From positions 1 through 64,000 of the IMG/VR virus record IMGVR_UViG_3300007735_000795: DNA of 64,000 bases. One strand, given 5' to 3'. Of this stretch, positions 8,911-20,127 are shown piece after piece. Position 1 is the first letter of the stretch, and each line of letters opens with the position of its first letter. The position numbers were made by a program, and so were the translations under genes. Source of the stretch: a virus. The notes under the pieces are model-generated. The model saw nothing but the letters and a program-made list of their open reading frames with translations. It was not told the origin of the DNA and searched no databases.

Positions 8911-11900
8911 TTAATCTCCAGAAGATATTAAAAAATTTGTTATAGTAAAAGGTATATTAAAATCATAAGCACTTTGTCTTGACCCATTATAACGAATATT
9001 AGACCAAGATTTTGAAGCATAATTAGAGTCTTGAACATATGCTTTAACTGCTGATCCTGAAATTAATTGGTTAAAGTTTTGTGGAGTTAAAGAATTAGGT
9101 TTATAATCTACATCCATATACATTGTTGAAGATTCAGGAGTATCAGCATTTCCTAATATTGGGTTATAATCATTATAATCAAAATTAATAGTTCCATTTG
9201 GTTGGATTAAAACTAAAAGTTGAGGATTAGTAAAAGGAACAACATCAATATCAATGCTAGGATAAGATATTAAAGAAGAAGTAAGAGGAGTTGGTGTAAT
9301 TTCATATCTAATTCCACTACCTATGCTAGTAGCATTTAATATGTTATATGTTATTGTTATATCAGGATAAAAAACAGTAACTATTTGAGCTTGAAGAAAT
9401 GCTAAAACTTGATCTGAGGTTATATTACTACGGTATAATCCTAAATATGTAACTTGATTTGTTGTTGAATCTAAAAAAGTATCAACTCCAAACTTAGGTA
9501 TATAAGTAAAAGAGTCAGATGTACCTGATCCTACATTAAATTGATAAACTTCTATTCCAGCATATTTGAAAGTATTAGCTTCATTTAATTCACCATTTGA
9601 TGCTTCTATAATTGAGCCTGAAAGTTCTCCATTATAAAATTCTCTTTGATCATCACGTAATAATTGGGTTGAACCTGAAGGTCCTAATGTTGCTTCATAC
9701 CATGATTGGGTTAAAAAGAATCTGTTTGATAATCCTAAGGTATCAATACCATAAGGAGAAGTGTCCAAACCATTAAATTCATTAAATGTTCCACCTGTAC
9801 TACCATATATTTTTTCTATTAAAGAAGAAGACATATACGTGTCTTGAGTAACAGGATCCCATACTTGTTGAGTATAAACAGAAGCTGTTATTACTTCGTC
9901 TCTCCAATCTGCTTGGGGTTGAGGATATTTACTTCTTTCTAATATATGTGGTTTTATTACAATTCCTGATCTTAGGTTTGTTCTTGCGGGAACAAAGTCT
10001 TTAATCATTTTAAATAATGAATTATCAAAAAACTTAATTAGTCTAACGTAATCAAATACGTCATAATTATCAAAATATTTTTTAAAATAATCATTTCTTA
10101 TTTTAACAAGGTCAGGATAAACAGAAGATGATACTTGTCTTGGGTCACCAATGTATTCTCCAATATTAAAGTATCCCAAAGATGATATTATGTCATCATC
10201 AATTTCATTTTGAGGTGAAAATGCAACTTCTAAAGCATTTACATCAGGTGATTCACTATTTGTAGAAAGTGGGAATTGTTGTATACTTCTATATTGTGAT
10301 AAAGTATCACCAGATTGAGTATAAAACACACTAACTGGAGGATAACTTGAAGATACAATTTGTATTTTGTCTGTTACTCTGTTTTTTAAACCACCAATTG
10401 GTGAATTAAATAATACAGAATCTGTAGTTGGAACAAATATTATAGATGAAGTATTAATAGTAAATTCATTTGTATCACCTGTAACTGGTATAACAAAATC
10501 ATAAAGAGAAGCAGTAGTAGGCCAAATACCTGAAACTTTAGGGTGTACTGAAGTGGATCCTGTGTATAATTCGTTTCCTAAAGGTGCTCTAAAGGCCAAA
10601 TAATTAGCATAATCTTCATTTTCTCCTACAAAATCAATTGAACTAGGATTCATTATAAAATCCTTAAATGATGCTATACTTTGGGTTCTAGTCCAGTATC
10701 TTATTTCTTGCATAGAACCACTTGTAAAAGGAAATAATCCTAAACTAGAACTAGCTACAAAGAATCTTGCAAATCTACTTGAACCTGAATTCCAAGTAGA
10801 AGTTACAGAAGAAGAAGCTAAAAATCCAATTTGGTTTCCATCATACCCATTATAAGTAACTTTATTCCCAGCATATAAAGTAAATGTAGGGTTTGTACTA
10901 CCAGATCTGTTAATCATTACTGACCACCAGTTTTGGTCAAAAAATGGTAAATACACACTAGCACTAGTACTAGGATTAGCACTATTAGGAACAAAATCTA
11001 GTTTAGCATATTGATAGTCTGGGGCTAATTTTGAACCTGGATCTGGGTATGAATATGAAGCAGTTGTATAACCTGATCCTGTATAGGTTAAGATTAAACT
11101 ACTGGTCATTTGGCTAATAAAACCAGTATCTATTTGAAATAGCCCCAATGGAGACATTGAAGCTGAAGGCTGCTGGTTGGTATTAAATCTGAATTGAACA
11201 CAAGCAGGACGATCATCTGGAGCACTCCAAGTTGTATTTAATTCAAAAAATGTATTTACATAAGATGGAAATGCAGGTGAACCGGATACAGTAGCAGCTA
11301 AACTGTATCTATCGTAAAAATAATCATAAGTAGTTTCATCTTTGTCTCTACCCCCAAATTCACTTATACGTAAAATTGTGTCAGGAATACCATAAATGTT
11401 TATAAGATTTCTTAAACCAGCAACTGTACCTTTTTGTTTTAACAAAAGTGGTAAGTTGTGGTATAAACGCTTATAAATTTCTTTTGTTATATTATCTGTA
11501 GGAGTAAATAATGCTTCTTGAGATGCTGTTATGTAATTATCAGTTAACTCATATGGGTCTCCAAAATAATAGTTTATATCTTCTTCAAAATATTGTAATA
11601 AATCATTATCTGGGGGTTCAAAAACATATGGTGGGGCAGGAGTAGACAAAACATACTTATTACCATCTATATTAGAAGAAAATTGTGCACCTGAAGAACT
11701 ATCAGGAACAAAAAACCCAGTAAATGCTTGGTATAGGTTATCTGTTGAAAAATTATTTTGGTAAATTTTTAAACCAAATGATCTTAAAGCATCTGCTACT
11801 AAGTCTTTAGAAACACCAAAATCTAATCTATTATCACCATTGTAACGATTAGAAACATCTTTATAATAAACATAAATATTATCATAAAATTGACCAATCA

Positions 11901-13188
11901 TATCCACAAACACCTTATATGGATCATTTTGAGAATCGTCTCGTAAATAATCAGGTATTGTGTTTACTAAATAATTTTGATTGTTTCTATCATATAAAGA
12001 AGCACTGTCTAATTGATCATTATACCAACTTACAGCTTCTGTACTTAAATGATAAGATTGAATATATGGAGGGGAAGCATTTGATTTTGGATATGTATTT
12101 GATCCTGATTCGTAATACAAATAATATTCAAAAGCATCAAAGTTTTTAATTAAATTATTAATTTTATTTTCTAATACTTCTACACTTGAAGAAATAGAAG
12201 CAGAAACAGTTTGTGCTAAAATTGTTAATTCTGAGTTGTATTGTTCTAGTAATTGAATTTTATAATAAAAGTTTTTAATTCTAGATTCAGCTGATGAAAA
12301 GTGAACAAAGTTACTAAAATCTGTAAAATTAATTCCTATATTTATACTTTTATCATTCAAATATGATAATATTCTACTATAAGAAGACCCCAAACCTGCT
12401 GTTAATAATTGCTCATAATTAGTATAATTAGTTGAATTGTTAACTCTGTCTTTTATAGATAAATCAATATTTGGTCCTTTAATAGTAGGATTAACAATTT
12501 GAGGAATAATTACTTCAGGTTCAAAGGTAACATTAAATGCTAATGAATCTGCTACTTTAGTTACAACCCATAAAGTATTTTTATCTGTAAATTGTGATGG
12601 TAATGGCTCGTATAAATTAATTAAAATTTCATATTGAGCTTTAGTATTATCAACTAATATGTTATTAGCTATAATAAGATTATTATTACCAAAATTAAGA
12701 TAAAAGTCTTGAAAATATTCAGTTGATGTTAATTTGCTTGAAAATTCATTTACTAAAGATTCTAAATTTTCATTAGAAATAACATTAGAAGCTATCCTAA
12801 TTTCAGTTCTGTCTGAGGATATTTCTTTTATATAATATGGTTGAGTCTCAGAGGAAGAACTTAATTCATTATTTAAAAAATTATAAATTGTATTCCATGA
12901 ACCTTGAGAAAATCCTCTGTCAATTAAATCTTGTTCAGGATTAATATCAACATCATAAATAACAGGTTCACCAACAGGTGACGTATCATTTATTACTTTA
13001 AAACCACCATAATTTTGTTCTACAATAGAAAAAACACCATCTAAAGACTGAAGTATATATTCAATATAGTTTTCAGAAGGGTTAAATTGTGAAGGAATTG
13101 ATTCAGCAGGAACTAAATTTAGATCTTGGGATGAATAAGTTTGAACCCTTAAAGTAACTGGATCTATGTTTGTTATAGTAGCTGCCAT
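8911..13188 (-). CDS. large baseplate wedge-like structural protein
   Basis: 1425 aa; KQKGTVAGLRNLINIYG resembles the wedge/P2-gpI-type motif; next to the gp6-like gene. Confidence 0.6.
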   Translation of the reverse strand: MAATITNIDPVTLRVQTYSSQDLNLVPAESIPSQFNPSENYIEYILQSLDGVFSIVEQNYGGFKVINDTSPVGEPVIYDVDINPEQDLIDRGFSQGSWNTIYNFLNNELSSSSETQPYYIKEISSDRTEIRIASNVISNENLESLVNEFSSKLTSTEYFQDFYLNFGNNNLIIANNILVDNTKAQYEILINLYEPLPSQFTDKNTLWVVTKVADSLAFNVTFEPEVIIPQIVNPTIKGPNIDLSIKDRVNNSTNYTNYEQLLTAGLGSSYSRILSYLNDKSINIGINFTDFSNFVHFSSAESRIKNFYYKIQLLEQYNSELTILAQTVSASISSSVEVLENKINNLIKNFDAFEYYLYYESGSNTYPKSNASPPYIQSYHLSTEAVSWYNDQLDSASLYDRNNQNYLVNTIPDYLRDDSQNDPYKVFVDMIGQFYDNIYVYYKDVSNRYNGDNRLDFGVSKDLVADALRSFGLKIYQNNFSTDNLYQAFTGFFVPDSSSGAQFSSNIDGNKYVLSTPAPPYVFEPPDNDLLQYFEEDINYYFGDPYELTDNYITASQEALFTPTDNITKEIYKRLYHNLPLLLKQKGTVAGLRNLINIYGIPDTILRISEFGGRDKDETTYDYFYDRYSLAATVSGSPAFPSYVNTFFELNTTWSAPDDRPACVQFRFNTNQQPSASMSPLGLFQIDTGFISQMTSSLILTYTGSGYTTASYSYPDPGSKLAPDYQYAKLDFVPNSANPSTSASVYLPFFDQNWWSVMINRSGSTNPTFTLYAGNKVTYNGYDGNQIGFLASSSVTSTWNSGSSRFARFFVASSSLGLFPFTSGSMQEIRYWTRTQSIASFKDFIMNPSSIDFVGENEDYANYLAFRAPLGNELYTGSTSVHPKVSGIWPTTASLYDFVIPVTGDTNEFTINTSSIIFVPTTDSVLFNSPIGGLKNRVTDKIQIVSSSYPPVSVFYTQSGDTLSQYRSIQQFPLSTNSESPDVNALEVAFSPQNEIDDDIISSLGYFNIGEYIGDPRQVSSSVYPDLVKIRNDYFKKYFDNYDVFDYVRLIKFFDNSLFKMIKDFVPARTNLRSGIVIKPHILERSKYPQPQADWRDEVITASVYTQQVWDPVTQDTYMSSSLIEKIYGSTGGTFNEFNGLDTSPYGIDTLGLSNRFFLTQSWYEATLGPSGSTQLLRDDQREFYNGELSGSIIEASNGELNEANTFKYAGIEVYQFNVGSGTSDSFTYIPKFGVDTFLDSTTNQVTYLGLYRSNITSDQVLAFLQAQIVTVFYPDITITYNILNATSIGSGIRYEITPTPLTSSLISYPSIDIDVVPFTNPQLLVLIQPNGTINFDYNDYNPILGNADTPESSTMYMDVDYKPNSLTPQNFNQLISGSAVKAYVQDSNYASKSWSNIRYNGSRQSAYDFNIPFTITNFLISSGD

Positions 13189-13189
13189 T

Positions 13190-13537
13190 TTATGCTGTTG
13201 TAATTGAAGATGTCATTGATGATACTAATTGTTGTTGTAAAGATAAGTTTTCTTGTCTTAAAGCAGTTATTTCATCTAATAATGCTTGAACATCTTCACT
13301 AACTTGTTCTCCACCTATATATTCACCACTTGTTTTTACTAAATAAGCATGTGAATTTGTATCCCCTTCTGTTGGAATATCATAAAAAATAGCTTCATAA
13401 AGATTAAAAAATTCAGCAACACTTATAGTATCCTCTAAAGGAGGAGGAGGTGTCTGAATTTGAGCAAATGAAGTATCAATTGTTTTTTCATATGCCTCTT
13501 TATTATAGACTGTTTTATTTAAAGAATAATTAGCCAT
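13190..13537 (-). CDS. structural-operon protein with a C-terminal coiled coil
   Basis: Translationally coupled ORF; LLDEITALRQENLSLQQQL. Confidence 0.5.
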   Translation of the reverse strand: MANYSLNKTVYNKEAYEKTIDTSFAQIQTPPPPLEDTISVAEFFNLYEAIFYDIPTEGDTNSHAYLVKTSGEYIGGEQVSEDVQALLDEITALRQENLSLQQQLVSSMTSSITTA

Positions 13538-14648
13538 TAACTACTTTAAAATAATAATTATCATCAAAAATTATTGTTGAACCATTAATAATACTCTTAA
13601 TTAAAATTTTATAGTATCTTTCAGGTTCTAATCCATTCATATAAAGTGTAAAATAACTGCTTTGGTCATCTGCACTTAGTTGAGTGTATTGATCATCGAA
13701 ATCTATAACAAACTCATTAGTATCCAAGTCTTTTATAGCAAAAAATGATGCTGTTGGTAAATAATAATTTACTGTATAATAAGAAGCAGTTTGAAATATT
13801 CGAGCGGGGTATGTTGGTCTGGAGTTTACTCTAAATCTATTTATACTTTCAGGGTAAAATACACCAGGATTTTCATCTATAGATACAGTTGCGGTTTGGG
13901 TTGATAAAATAGAAGTAGTTGAAGATCCCGTATTAAAAACATAGTCTCTCCATCTAAATTCTAACTGTGGTGGGTAAATAGTGTGAGTATCTCTTGAGAA
14001 AAATTTCATCTCAATTTGATAATCCTCACTATCTACAAATTCTACAGCTTGTTTAGCTATAAAACCATTATTAGGTATAGAACTACTATACCATGCTTTA
14101 ACCATATTTGTGATATTTACATTAATATCACCTGAATCAGAATATGCAAAGCTTTGAGTTGAATAAATTGGTAAAACAGTAGCATTAGCTGATCCTGTAT
14201 ACCATGTTCCTCCTCCTTCAGAACCTGAATAAGAAGCTGTTACAAATGATGAAAAACTACTAGTAGACCAAGCATTACTACCAGAATATGATCTCCATGT
14301 CCAGCTTACACCATTTGTATATTCAGGATCATATAAATATTTACCTGTACCCATATCCCATGATCCTGATAATGGGTAGAATTCAAGAGTAGTAGTAAGA
14401 TTTAATCCTTCTAAATTAGCTATAAATCCTCTAAAATTAGCTTGCCATATAGAACCACTAATTTTATTAGTAATATTATCGTTTATTTCTGTATCAGAAA
14501 CTTGTACTAAAAATCTACTGGTTTGAGGTATACCTGATATGTCTATATTAGTAGAAGATTCTAGTATTTCATCTAATCCTGTATTTCTACTAGGATAAAG
14601 TGAATAAATGGAAGCATCTTTAACAGGAAATATTTTGTAAACTGCCAT
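13530..14648 (-). CDS. virion protein (DNRLRE-like carbohydrate-binding fold)
   Basis: KDASIYS..NTG..SRFLV..NITNMVKAW..NNGF..FFSRD..PQLE pattern; late promoter upstream. Confidence 0.5.
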   Translation of the reverse strand: MAVYKIFPVKDASIYSLYPSRNTGLDEILESSTNIDISGIPQTSRFLVQVSDTEINDNITNKISGSIWQANFRGFIANLEGLNLTTTLEFYPLSGSWDMGTGKYLYDPEYTNGVSWTWRSYSGSNAWSTSSFSSFVTASYSGSEGGGTWYTGSANATVLPIYSTQSFAYSDSGDINVNITNMVKAWYSSSIPNNGFIAKQAVEFVDSEDYQIEMKFFSRDTHTIYPPQLEFRWRDYVFNTGSSTTSILSTQTATVSIDENPGVFYPESINRFRVNSRPTYPARIFQTASYYTVNYYLPTASFFAIKDLDTNEFVIDFDDQYTQLSADDQSSYFTLYMNGLEPERYYKILIKSIINGSTIIFDDNYYFKVVNG

Positions 14649-14669
14649 TTTTTATTATAAATATAAGGA

Positions 14670-16541
14670 TTATAAAGGCACTACACGTCCTTTAATATCA
14701 ATGTCAGGAAATCTTACTTCAAAAACCATTGGATCAAGTGAAGGATAAATAACATTATTTATAGTTGCCCCTTTTATATCGTAAGCATATGATGAGTATC
14801 CTAAATTTGCTCCTACTTTATTAATAATATTAATATTTTTTACTGTTTGAACTCCATCTATGTTATCTACAAGAACATATAAGTCTTTTAATAGTATAGG
14901 TTCATTGATTTGCCATTTATCAATTTGAAAATAATTTTTTAATGCTTGAATACAATTAAATATTACTTCATTATTGTTGTATTCTGGAAGTACTATTATG
15001 TCAAATTCTACTCCTATGTTTATAAAAAATGCATCTTTAATTTTTATAGAATCATTTATAACTCTATATTGGGAAAGATATGTTGATAAATTTTGTTTCA
15101 AAGCATCAGAAGCAAATTTTAATCTTTTATCATTATCAAAAGCTAAAATAAATAAATTTAATACTGAAGGAGTTTCACCTGGTAGTAAATTTTCTAATTT
15201 TTGAGGTTCAATATATGCTTTTGCTAAAGTACCGTATTGAGAAGGCATACTTAATGCTCTAACTAAATAGTCATCTTGTGTTACACTTCTTAATTGAGTT
15301 GCAAAAGTTGATAAAGAATTAAATCTTAATTCATCTGTTGTATCACCATCTTGTCCGCCTTCTGCAGCTATAGGATTGTTTACAGATACTGAATTGAAAA
15401 TGATTTGGGACAATTGAGGGTCCAAAGTGTTAGTTTGGAATTTAATATTTTCTGTAGTAGCAATTGATACTAGTGTACCTACAGGAGCGTTTGCTGTAAT
15501 TCCTCCTCCTTTTAAATAACGAACAGTTAATGTTGTATTATATGGAGCAATACCATAAGTATCCGTGTATAAAAAGTTAGCAGGAGCAAAAGCAGTAGTT
15601 AATAAAGAACGTTTATATGGTAAACCTAAACCTACATTTTCAGGATTAGGAATAATTTCTTCATCATTGTTTTGAGTATTAGTACCTGCTCCAAATTGTA
15701 ACTGTAGTGTTTCTTTATCTATAAACCTAGAAACAAATCTACGTGGTACTTTTCTTAATTGTAACAAATATGGAACTTCAGATTGATCTGAATAGAAATT
15801 AGGGTCGTTAGGGTTAGTGTTTTTGATAGTGTCAAAAACTGTTTCTTGAGCCATGTATGGTACTTCATACCATTCATTTCCATCACTATCAACAATGTCT
15901 AAAATTTGAATAATATTATTATCATTTATTTCTACTGTTTGAAAACGTTCAGGAGAACCAAATGAAAATGTAGTAGTTTGTATATCAGCTGAAATTGCTT
16001 GTCTTGATTTTTTTAATAGGAAAAAATCAGGGAAACCATTTCCATCAACACTATATATTGTTTCTTCTGTAGGGTCTAATGAACTTGAAAATGAAAAATC
16101 AATAGCATCTTGAATTAAAAAATTACTATTATTATTCAAACTAGAATTAATAGAAGAATTTTCAGCAATTGTTAAAGCATATGAATAATCAGGAACATAT
16201 TCACTACCTGATAATAATGAAGGAACTTGTTGGTATACATCTATAGTAACGATTGCTGCTCCTGTTACTTTAGGTCTATAACCTAACATGTATGCTAAAG
16301 TATAGAGATTATTTGTTTGACGAGTAAACTGTATAAAATTTTCTTGAATTTGATTATCAAGATAAAATGATAAAACATCTCCTACGTACGCAGACATTTC
16401 CATAAACAACATTCCTGGAGAGGAAGGTGTAAAGTCATTGTATGTATTTGGAAAATAGGTTTTAGTAAATTCTATAAGAGAATTTCTTAATTCACCAAAT
16501 TCTTTATTTATATATTTTATATCTCTATTTTCAGCAGCCAT
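14670..16541 (-). CDS. baseplate wedge subunit (T4 gp6-like)
   Basis: YNDFTPSSPGMLFMEM, LAYMLGYRP, LQFGAG, VRYLKGGG, RSVTQDDY motifs. Confidence 0.85.
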   Translation of the reverse strand: MAAENRDIKYINKEFGELRNSLIEFTKTYFPNTYNDFTPSSPGMLFMEMSAYVGDVLSFYLDNQIQENFIQFTRQTNNLYTLAYMLGYRPKVTGAAIVTIDVYQQVPSLLSGSEYVPDYSYALTIAENSSINSSLNNNSNFLIQDAIDFSFSSSLDPTEETIYSVDGNGFPDFFLLKKSRQAISADIQTTTFSFGSPERFQTVEINDNNIIQILDIVDSDGNEWYEVPYMAQETVFDTIKNTNPNDPNFYSDQSEVPYLLQLRKVPRRFVSRFIDKETLQLQFGAGTNTQNNDEEIIPNPENVGLGLPYKRSLLTTAFAPANFLYTDTYGIAPYNTTLTVRYLKGGGITANAPVGTLVSIATTENIKFQTNTLDPQLSQIIFNSVSVNNPIAAEGGQDGDTTDELRFNSLSTFATQLRSVTQDDYLVRALSMPSQYGTLAKAYIEPQKLENLLPGETPSVLNLFILAFDNDKRLKFASDALKQNLSTYLSQYRVINDSIKIKDAFFINIGVEFDIIVLPEYNNNEVIFNCIQALKNYFQIDKWQINEPILLKDLYVLVDNIDGVQTVKNINIINKVGANLGYSSYAYDIKGATINNVIYPSLDPMVFEVRFPDIDIKGRVVPL

Positions 16542-16543
16542 GT

Positions 16544-16948
16544 TTATAGAATAATATTAATTGTTTGAGCATTATTGTTTAAAACAGAATAATTTATAAG
16601 TAACTGTATAGCATTTTCCTCATAAGCCTGGGTTAAAGTTAATTGGTTTATTCTGACTGAAGGGAAGTATGTTTTAATATCATTGGTTAGTTTTATTTCT
16701 AAAGCATTCAATGTATTAGGAGTTATTTGTTCAAATAATTGTGCTCGTATGTTAGCCCCAAAATTGGGGTTTAAAACTCTTTCACCCGTATTAGTCAATA
16801 TATAATTAATTATATTTGATTTTATTTGGTCAAGAGTAGTATAAGTTGAATTAAATACTGAGTATTGGTTTGAAAAAGGAATAGACACCCCAACAGCCAC
16901 ACGTTGGTTTAAGTCTAATGGGTGTTGGTTTGGTATTCTATATGCCAT
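16544..16948 (-). CDS. baseplate wedge / sheath initiator (gp25/GPW-like)
   Basis: ILTNTGERVLNPNFG motif. Confidence 0.85.
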   Translation of the reverse strand: MAYRIPNQHPLDLNQRVAVGVSIPFSNQYSVFNSTYTTLDQIKSNIINYILTNTGERVLNPNFGANIRAQLFEQITPNTLNALEIKLTNDIKTYFPSVRINQLTLTQAYEENAIQLLINYSVLNNNAQTINIIL

Positions 16949-17319
16949 TATTTATTACTCATTAATCCCATTATTTGGTTTAAACTTACTTCTCCACCAG
17001 GTAAACTTGAACCTTCACCTATTGTATTAACAGGAGGAGGAGTATATGCTGGTTGAGCATGTGATGAATTAGCAGTTATGGTAGCATCAAATTCACCTCC
17101 AATCATACTTCTTAAATTACGTTTAAGGTCATGGTTTACAGTAGAAGTATTAGGAGCAGCCATTACAGGTTGATTTAAGAATGGATTTGTTCCAGTATAT
17201 GTTTCTTGTACTATAGTTTTAGGTGATTTTACAGCTTCAAGAAGAATATCTTTTAATTCATCTTGAATTGCTTCACGAACTGCTTCTTTAATTAATTTTT
17301 TTAAAATGTCTAGTTTCAT
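16948..17319 (-). CDS. late hypothetical protein
   Basis: MKLDILKKLIKEAVRE leader; late promoter upstream. Confidence 0.5.
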   Translation of the reverse strand: MKLDILKKLIKEAVREAIQDELKDILLEAVKSPKTIVQETYTGTNPFLNQPVMAAPNTSTVNHDLKRNLRSMIGGEFDATITANSSHAQPAYTPPPVNTIGEGSSLPGGEVSLNQIMGLMSNK

Positions 17320-17336
17320 ATATTATAAATATTTAA

Positions 17337-18497
17337 TTATCTAGCTGTTAATTGAGGATTAGAATCTATAATAAATTTCAATTCATCCAACAATATTTGA
17401 GGATCAGATGCAAACGATTTTTCTGTTTTTAATACAGGTACTCCTTGAACATTTAATGCTTGTGCAAATCTGAGAGGGTATTTATTAGTACTAGTTTCGT
17501 CTAATTTAACTTCTAAAGTAAATTCTTTATATATGTTATCATTTCCTATTACAGCACTATTGCTTTTACCTGTAGATGTGTTTACAAAATTATTCAATTC
17601 TACATTTATGACCTCAAAAGGTATGTTTTGATCAGCAGCACACTTTCTAGATAAAAAATCTAAAGCTTCTAATAACTTTAAGATTAATGCTAATACTATT
17701 CCTAAAGAAGAAAGTATTATAGTTAAAATATTAATCCCCGATTTTCCTTTTTTAATTTCTTCTTCTAAAAAATTAATTACAAAATTTATACCCGGAGGAG
17801 CAGGTATAGGAATAACATTTATAGCTGTTAAAGCAGCTTGAGTAGATGTTATAAGGATATTTGTTATATTTAATATTTGAGTAAGTGTAGTAACAGTTTT
17901 ATATATATTGTTTATTTGTTTTGCTAATTTATTTCTTTTATTTATTATTCTTAATAATTCAGATTTATTAGGACATTTGGTTTGGTCTAAAATTTTATTT
18001 AAAGGAATCTTTTTTATAAGGGCTTGTATTACAACAGAACCAAATGGTAATAGTAATTTTAATATAATTGGTATTAACCTACGTTTAATTTGTTCTTTAC
18101 TAGTATTAGCAACAGTAGCAAGTTTAACAGCAGGATTAGAAGGACTTGGAAGTTGTTTAATTTCTTGAGTATTTGACTCTTGAATTAAAGTACTAGTAGC
18201 TGAAGGGACAGGATCTGTTTCTTTTACTAGTTGTATTCTTGATATTTGAAGTTTTCCGTTTATAGGAAATTGGAGATTTTTTATCTCTTGAGCAGTGTAT
18301 CCTTCTTTTGAAAAAACAATATTTATGCTTTCAGAATTAACATCTGTTATAGGATATATTTTTGACCATTTACCATTTCTATTACTTGTTAATGTGTCAT
18401 TTATTGAAGGAGAAGAAATAACTATTTGAGTTTCAGATAAAGGTTTACCTTCACTATCAAGTACTGTTCCTAATATTTCAACTGTTTCAACAGACAT
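17337..18497 (-). CDS. virion-associated protein with an N-terminal carboxypeptidase-regulatory-like domain and hydrophobic helices
   Basis: GTVLDSEGKPL..TSNRNGKW..FSKEGY pattern. Confidence 0.45.
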   Translation of the reverse strand: MSVETVEILGTVLDSEGKPLSETQIVISSPSINDTLTSNRNGKWSKIYPITDVNSESINIVFSKEGYTAQEIKNLQFPINGKLQISRIQLVKETDPVPSATSTLIQESNTQEIKQLPSPSNPAVKLATVANTSKEQIKRRLIPIILKLLLPFGSVVIQALIKKIPLNKILDQTKCPNKSELLRIINKRNKLAKQINNIYKTVTTLTQILNITNILITSTQAALTAINVIPIPAPPGINFVINFLEEEIKKGKSGINILTIILSSLGIVLALILKLLEALDFLSRKCAADQNIPFEVINVELNNFVNTSTGKSNSAVIGNDNIYKEFTLEVKLDETSTNKYPLRFAQALNVQGVPVLKTEKSFASDPQILLDELKFIIDSNPQLTAR

Positions 18498-18499
18498 AT

Positions 18500-19762
18500 T
18501 TATATTGTTTTAACTGTTTTTGAAACCATACTACCATTCTGAATGGCAAGTAATAAGTCTTGAGCATTAGCAGTAATTATAGGGCCTGCTACTTGTAAAC
18601 TAGGGTTAGGCAATGCTAATAAAGTAAAAGCAGAGGTTAATGCTGATCCTATTGTAGATAAAGTAGTAGATATATTAGTAAGTTGCACCATTAATTCATC
18701 CCCTAAAACAACAGGATTAACATCTCCAGTTGAAGCACCTAAATAAACTTTATTTGAAGCCAAAGTAATTTGTTTTCCTCCATCAATACCAACTGTATCT
18801 TCAGATGCTATGTGAATTTGTTTGTTTGAATTCATTATTATAGAATCTGTTTTTGAATTAAAAACTAATCTACCTGAATTTAAAATTATTTGTGGGTTTG
18901 TATATTCTCGTATTCCTTGGGGGAATGTTGAATTTGCAAAGGATGATTGTAAAGTGGTAGAAGGAGATAAAGGTATTTTTTGGGTACTTGTTAAATAAAC
19001 AGAAGATTTATCTTGGTTTATATTTTCTAAAGTTGGAACCCAAGACTCATTATTATCAATTACATTTTTAGATCCATTCCCTTGTCCATTTCTTATTATA
19101 GTAATAGGATCACCATTTGTTCCTACTTCAGACCATGAATTGGGTTTGCTATTAGTAGAAGTTTTAACTGTAGAACCTAAACGTATAGAATTACTATAAC
19201 GTCCTTCATATATTGTGTCTCCTTCGTATGGTAAAAGAGGATAATTATTTATAACATTATTTTCATTAAATGTGTTTCCTAAATCTATATCAGTGTCTGA
19301 ATCTTTTACTCTTCGGAGTGAACCTGCTTCTGTTTGTTCATAATCATTACTTTGCTGACTTCCACTTGCTATTCTGTTAATAGGTACAGCATTATGTACT
19401 TGACTATTCCAAACATTTATTGGTGGTAAATAATAAGCAATAACATTTGAAGTATTTTCTCCTACATTAGTATCTGCTAAATACACAATAGGTACTAATT
19501 CATTTATAAGAGGATATTGTTTAATATTTGGAAAAGCAGGTGCAGCTGGAATGAGATTTATAGTTTCTGAAAAAATAGGAAATTTGACGGGTTCAAAAAA
19601 TATTGTTCCTATACCATTCCATTCTCCAAATTCTTTAAACTTTTCATGAGTATCATCTAAGATAATGTCTCTAACTCTACTAGAAACAATAGAAAATGTT
19701 TTTGTTGAAGATTGAGTTCCTAAAATTCCTTTAGAAAATGTTTTGTCAAAAACTGTAGACAT
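18500..19762 (-). CDS. baseplate hub/central spike (gp5-like)
   Basis: OB-like N-terminus (YPLINELV), EGRYSNSIRLGS, beta-helix-like C-terminus with PVVLGD. Confidence 0.6.
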   Translation of the reverse strand: MSTVFDKTFSKGILGTQSSTKTFSIVSSRVRDIILDDTHEKFKEFGEWNGIGTIFFEPVKFPIFSETINLIPAAPAFPNIKQYPLINELVPIVYLADTNVGENTSNVIAYYLPPINVWNSQVHNAVPINRIASGSQQSNDYEQTEAGSLRRVKDSDTDIDLGNTFNENNVINNYPLLPYEGDTIYEGRYSNSIRLGSTVKTSTNSKPNSWSEVGTNGDPITIIRNGQGNGSKNVIDNNESWVPTLENINQDKSSVYLTSTQKIPLSPSTTLQSSFANSTFPQGIREYTNPQIILNSGRLVFNSKTDSIIMNSNKQIHIASEDTVGIDGGKQITLASNKVYLGASTGDVNPVVLGDELMVQLTNISTTLSTIGSALTSAFTLLALPNPSLQVAGPIITANAQDLLLAIQNGSMVSKTVKTI

Positions 19763-20100
19763 TATTTTTCTCCTTCTTTAAATTTATCTATTTCGGCTAG
19801 TAGTTGGGCTTTTTCTTCATCCGAAATTCCGAAACCACCATCAGTAGAATTATTATTCATAATACGCTGGATGATGGTGGCCATTTTGATTAATTGTTCA
19901 TCGTTTTTAACACTTATTTCTAAGTATTCTTTAATTAATGGAACAATTAAAGTAGCGTCTCCTATTTCATTGACTAATGGCTTAAGTTCTGCTATTAGAG
20001 CGGAAATTTGTTTTTCTTTTTTCTTTTGATTATTATATATTTCCTCTAATATATCAGAAAACTTTTTATCACCAAATACTACGTTGTCTAAACCATTCAT
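19762..20100 (-). CDS. conserved late hypothetical protein
   Basis: Coupled to the gp5-like gene; late promoter upstream. Confidence 0.5.
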   Translation of the reverse strand: MNGLDNVVFGDKKFSDILEEIYNNQKKKEKQISALIAELKPLVNEIGDATLIVPLIKEYLEISVKNDEQLIKMATIIQRIMNNNSTDGGFGISDEEKAQLLAEIDKFKEGEK

Positions 20101-20127
20101 AATACATATATTTAGTGATAAATATAG

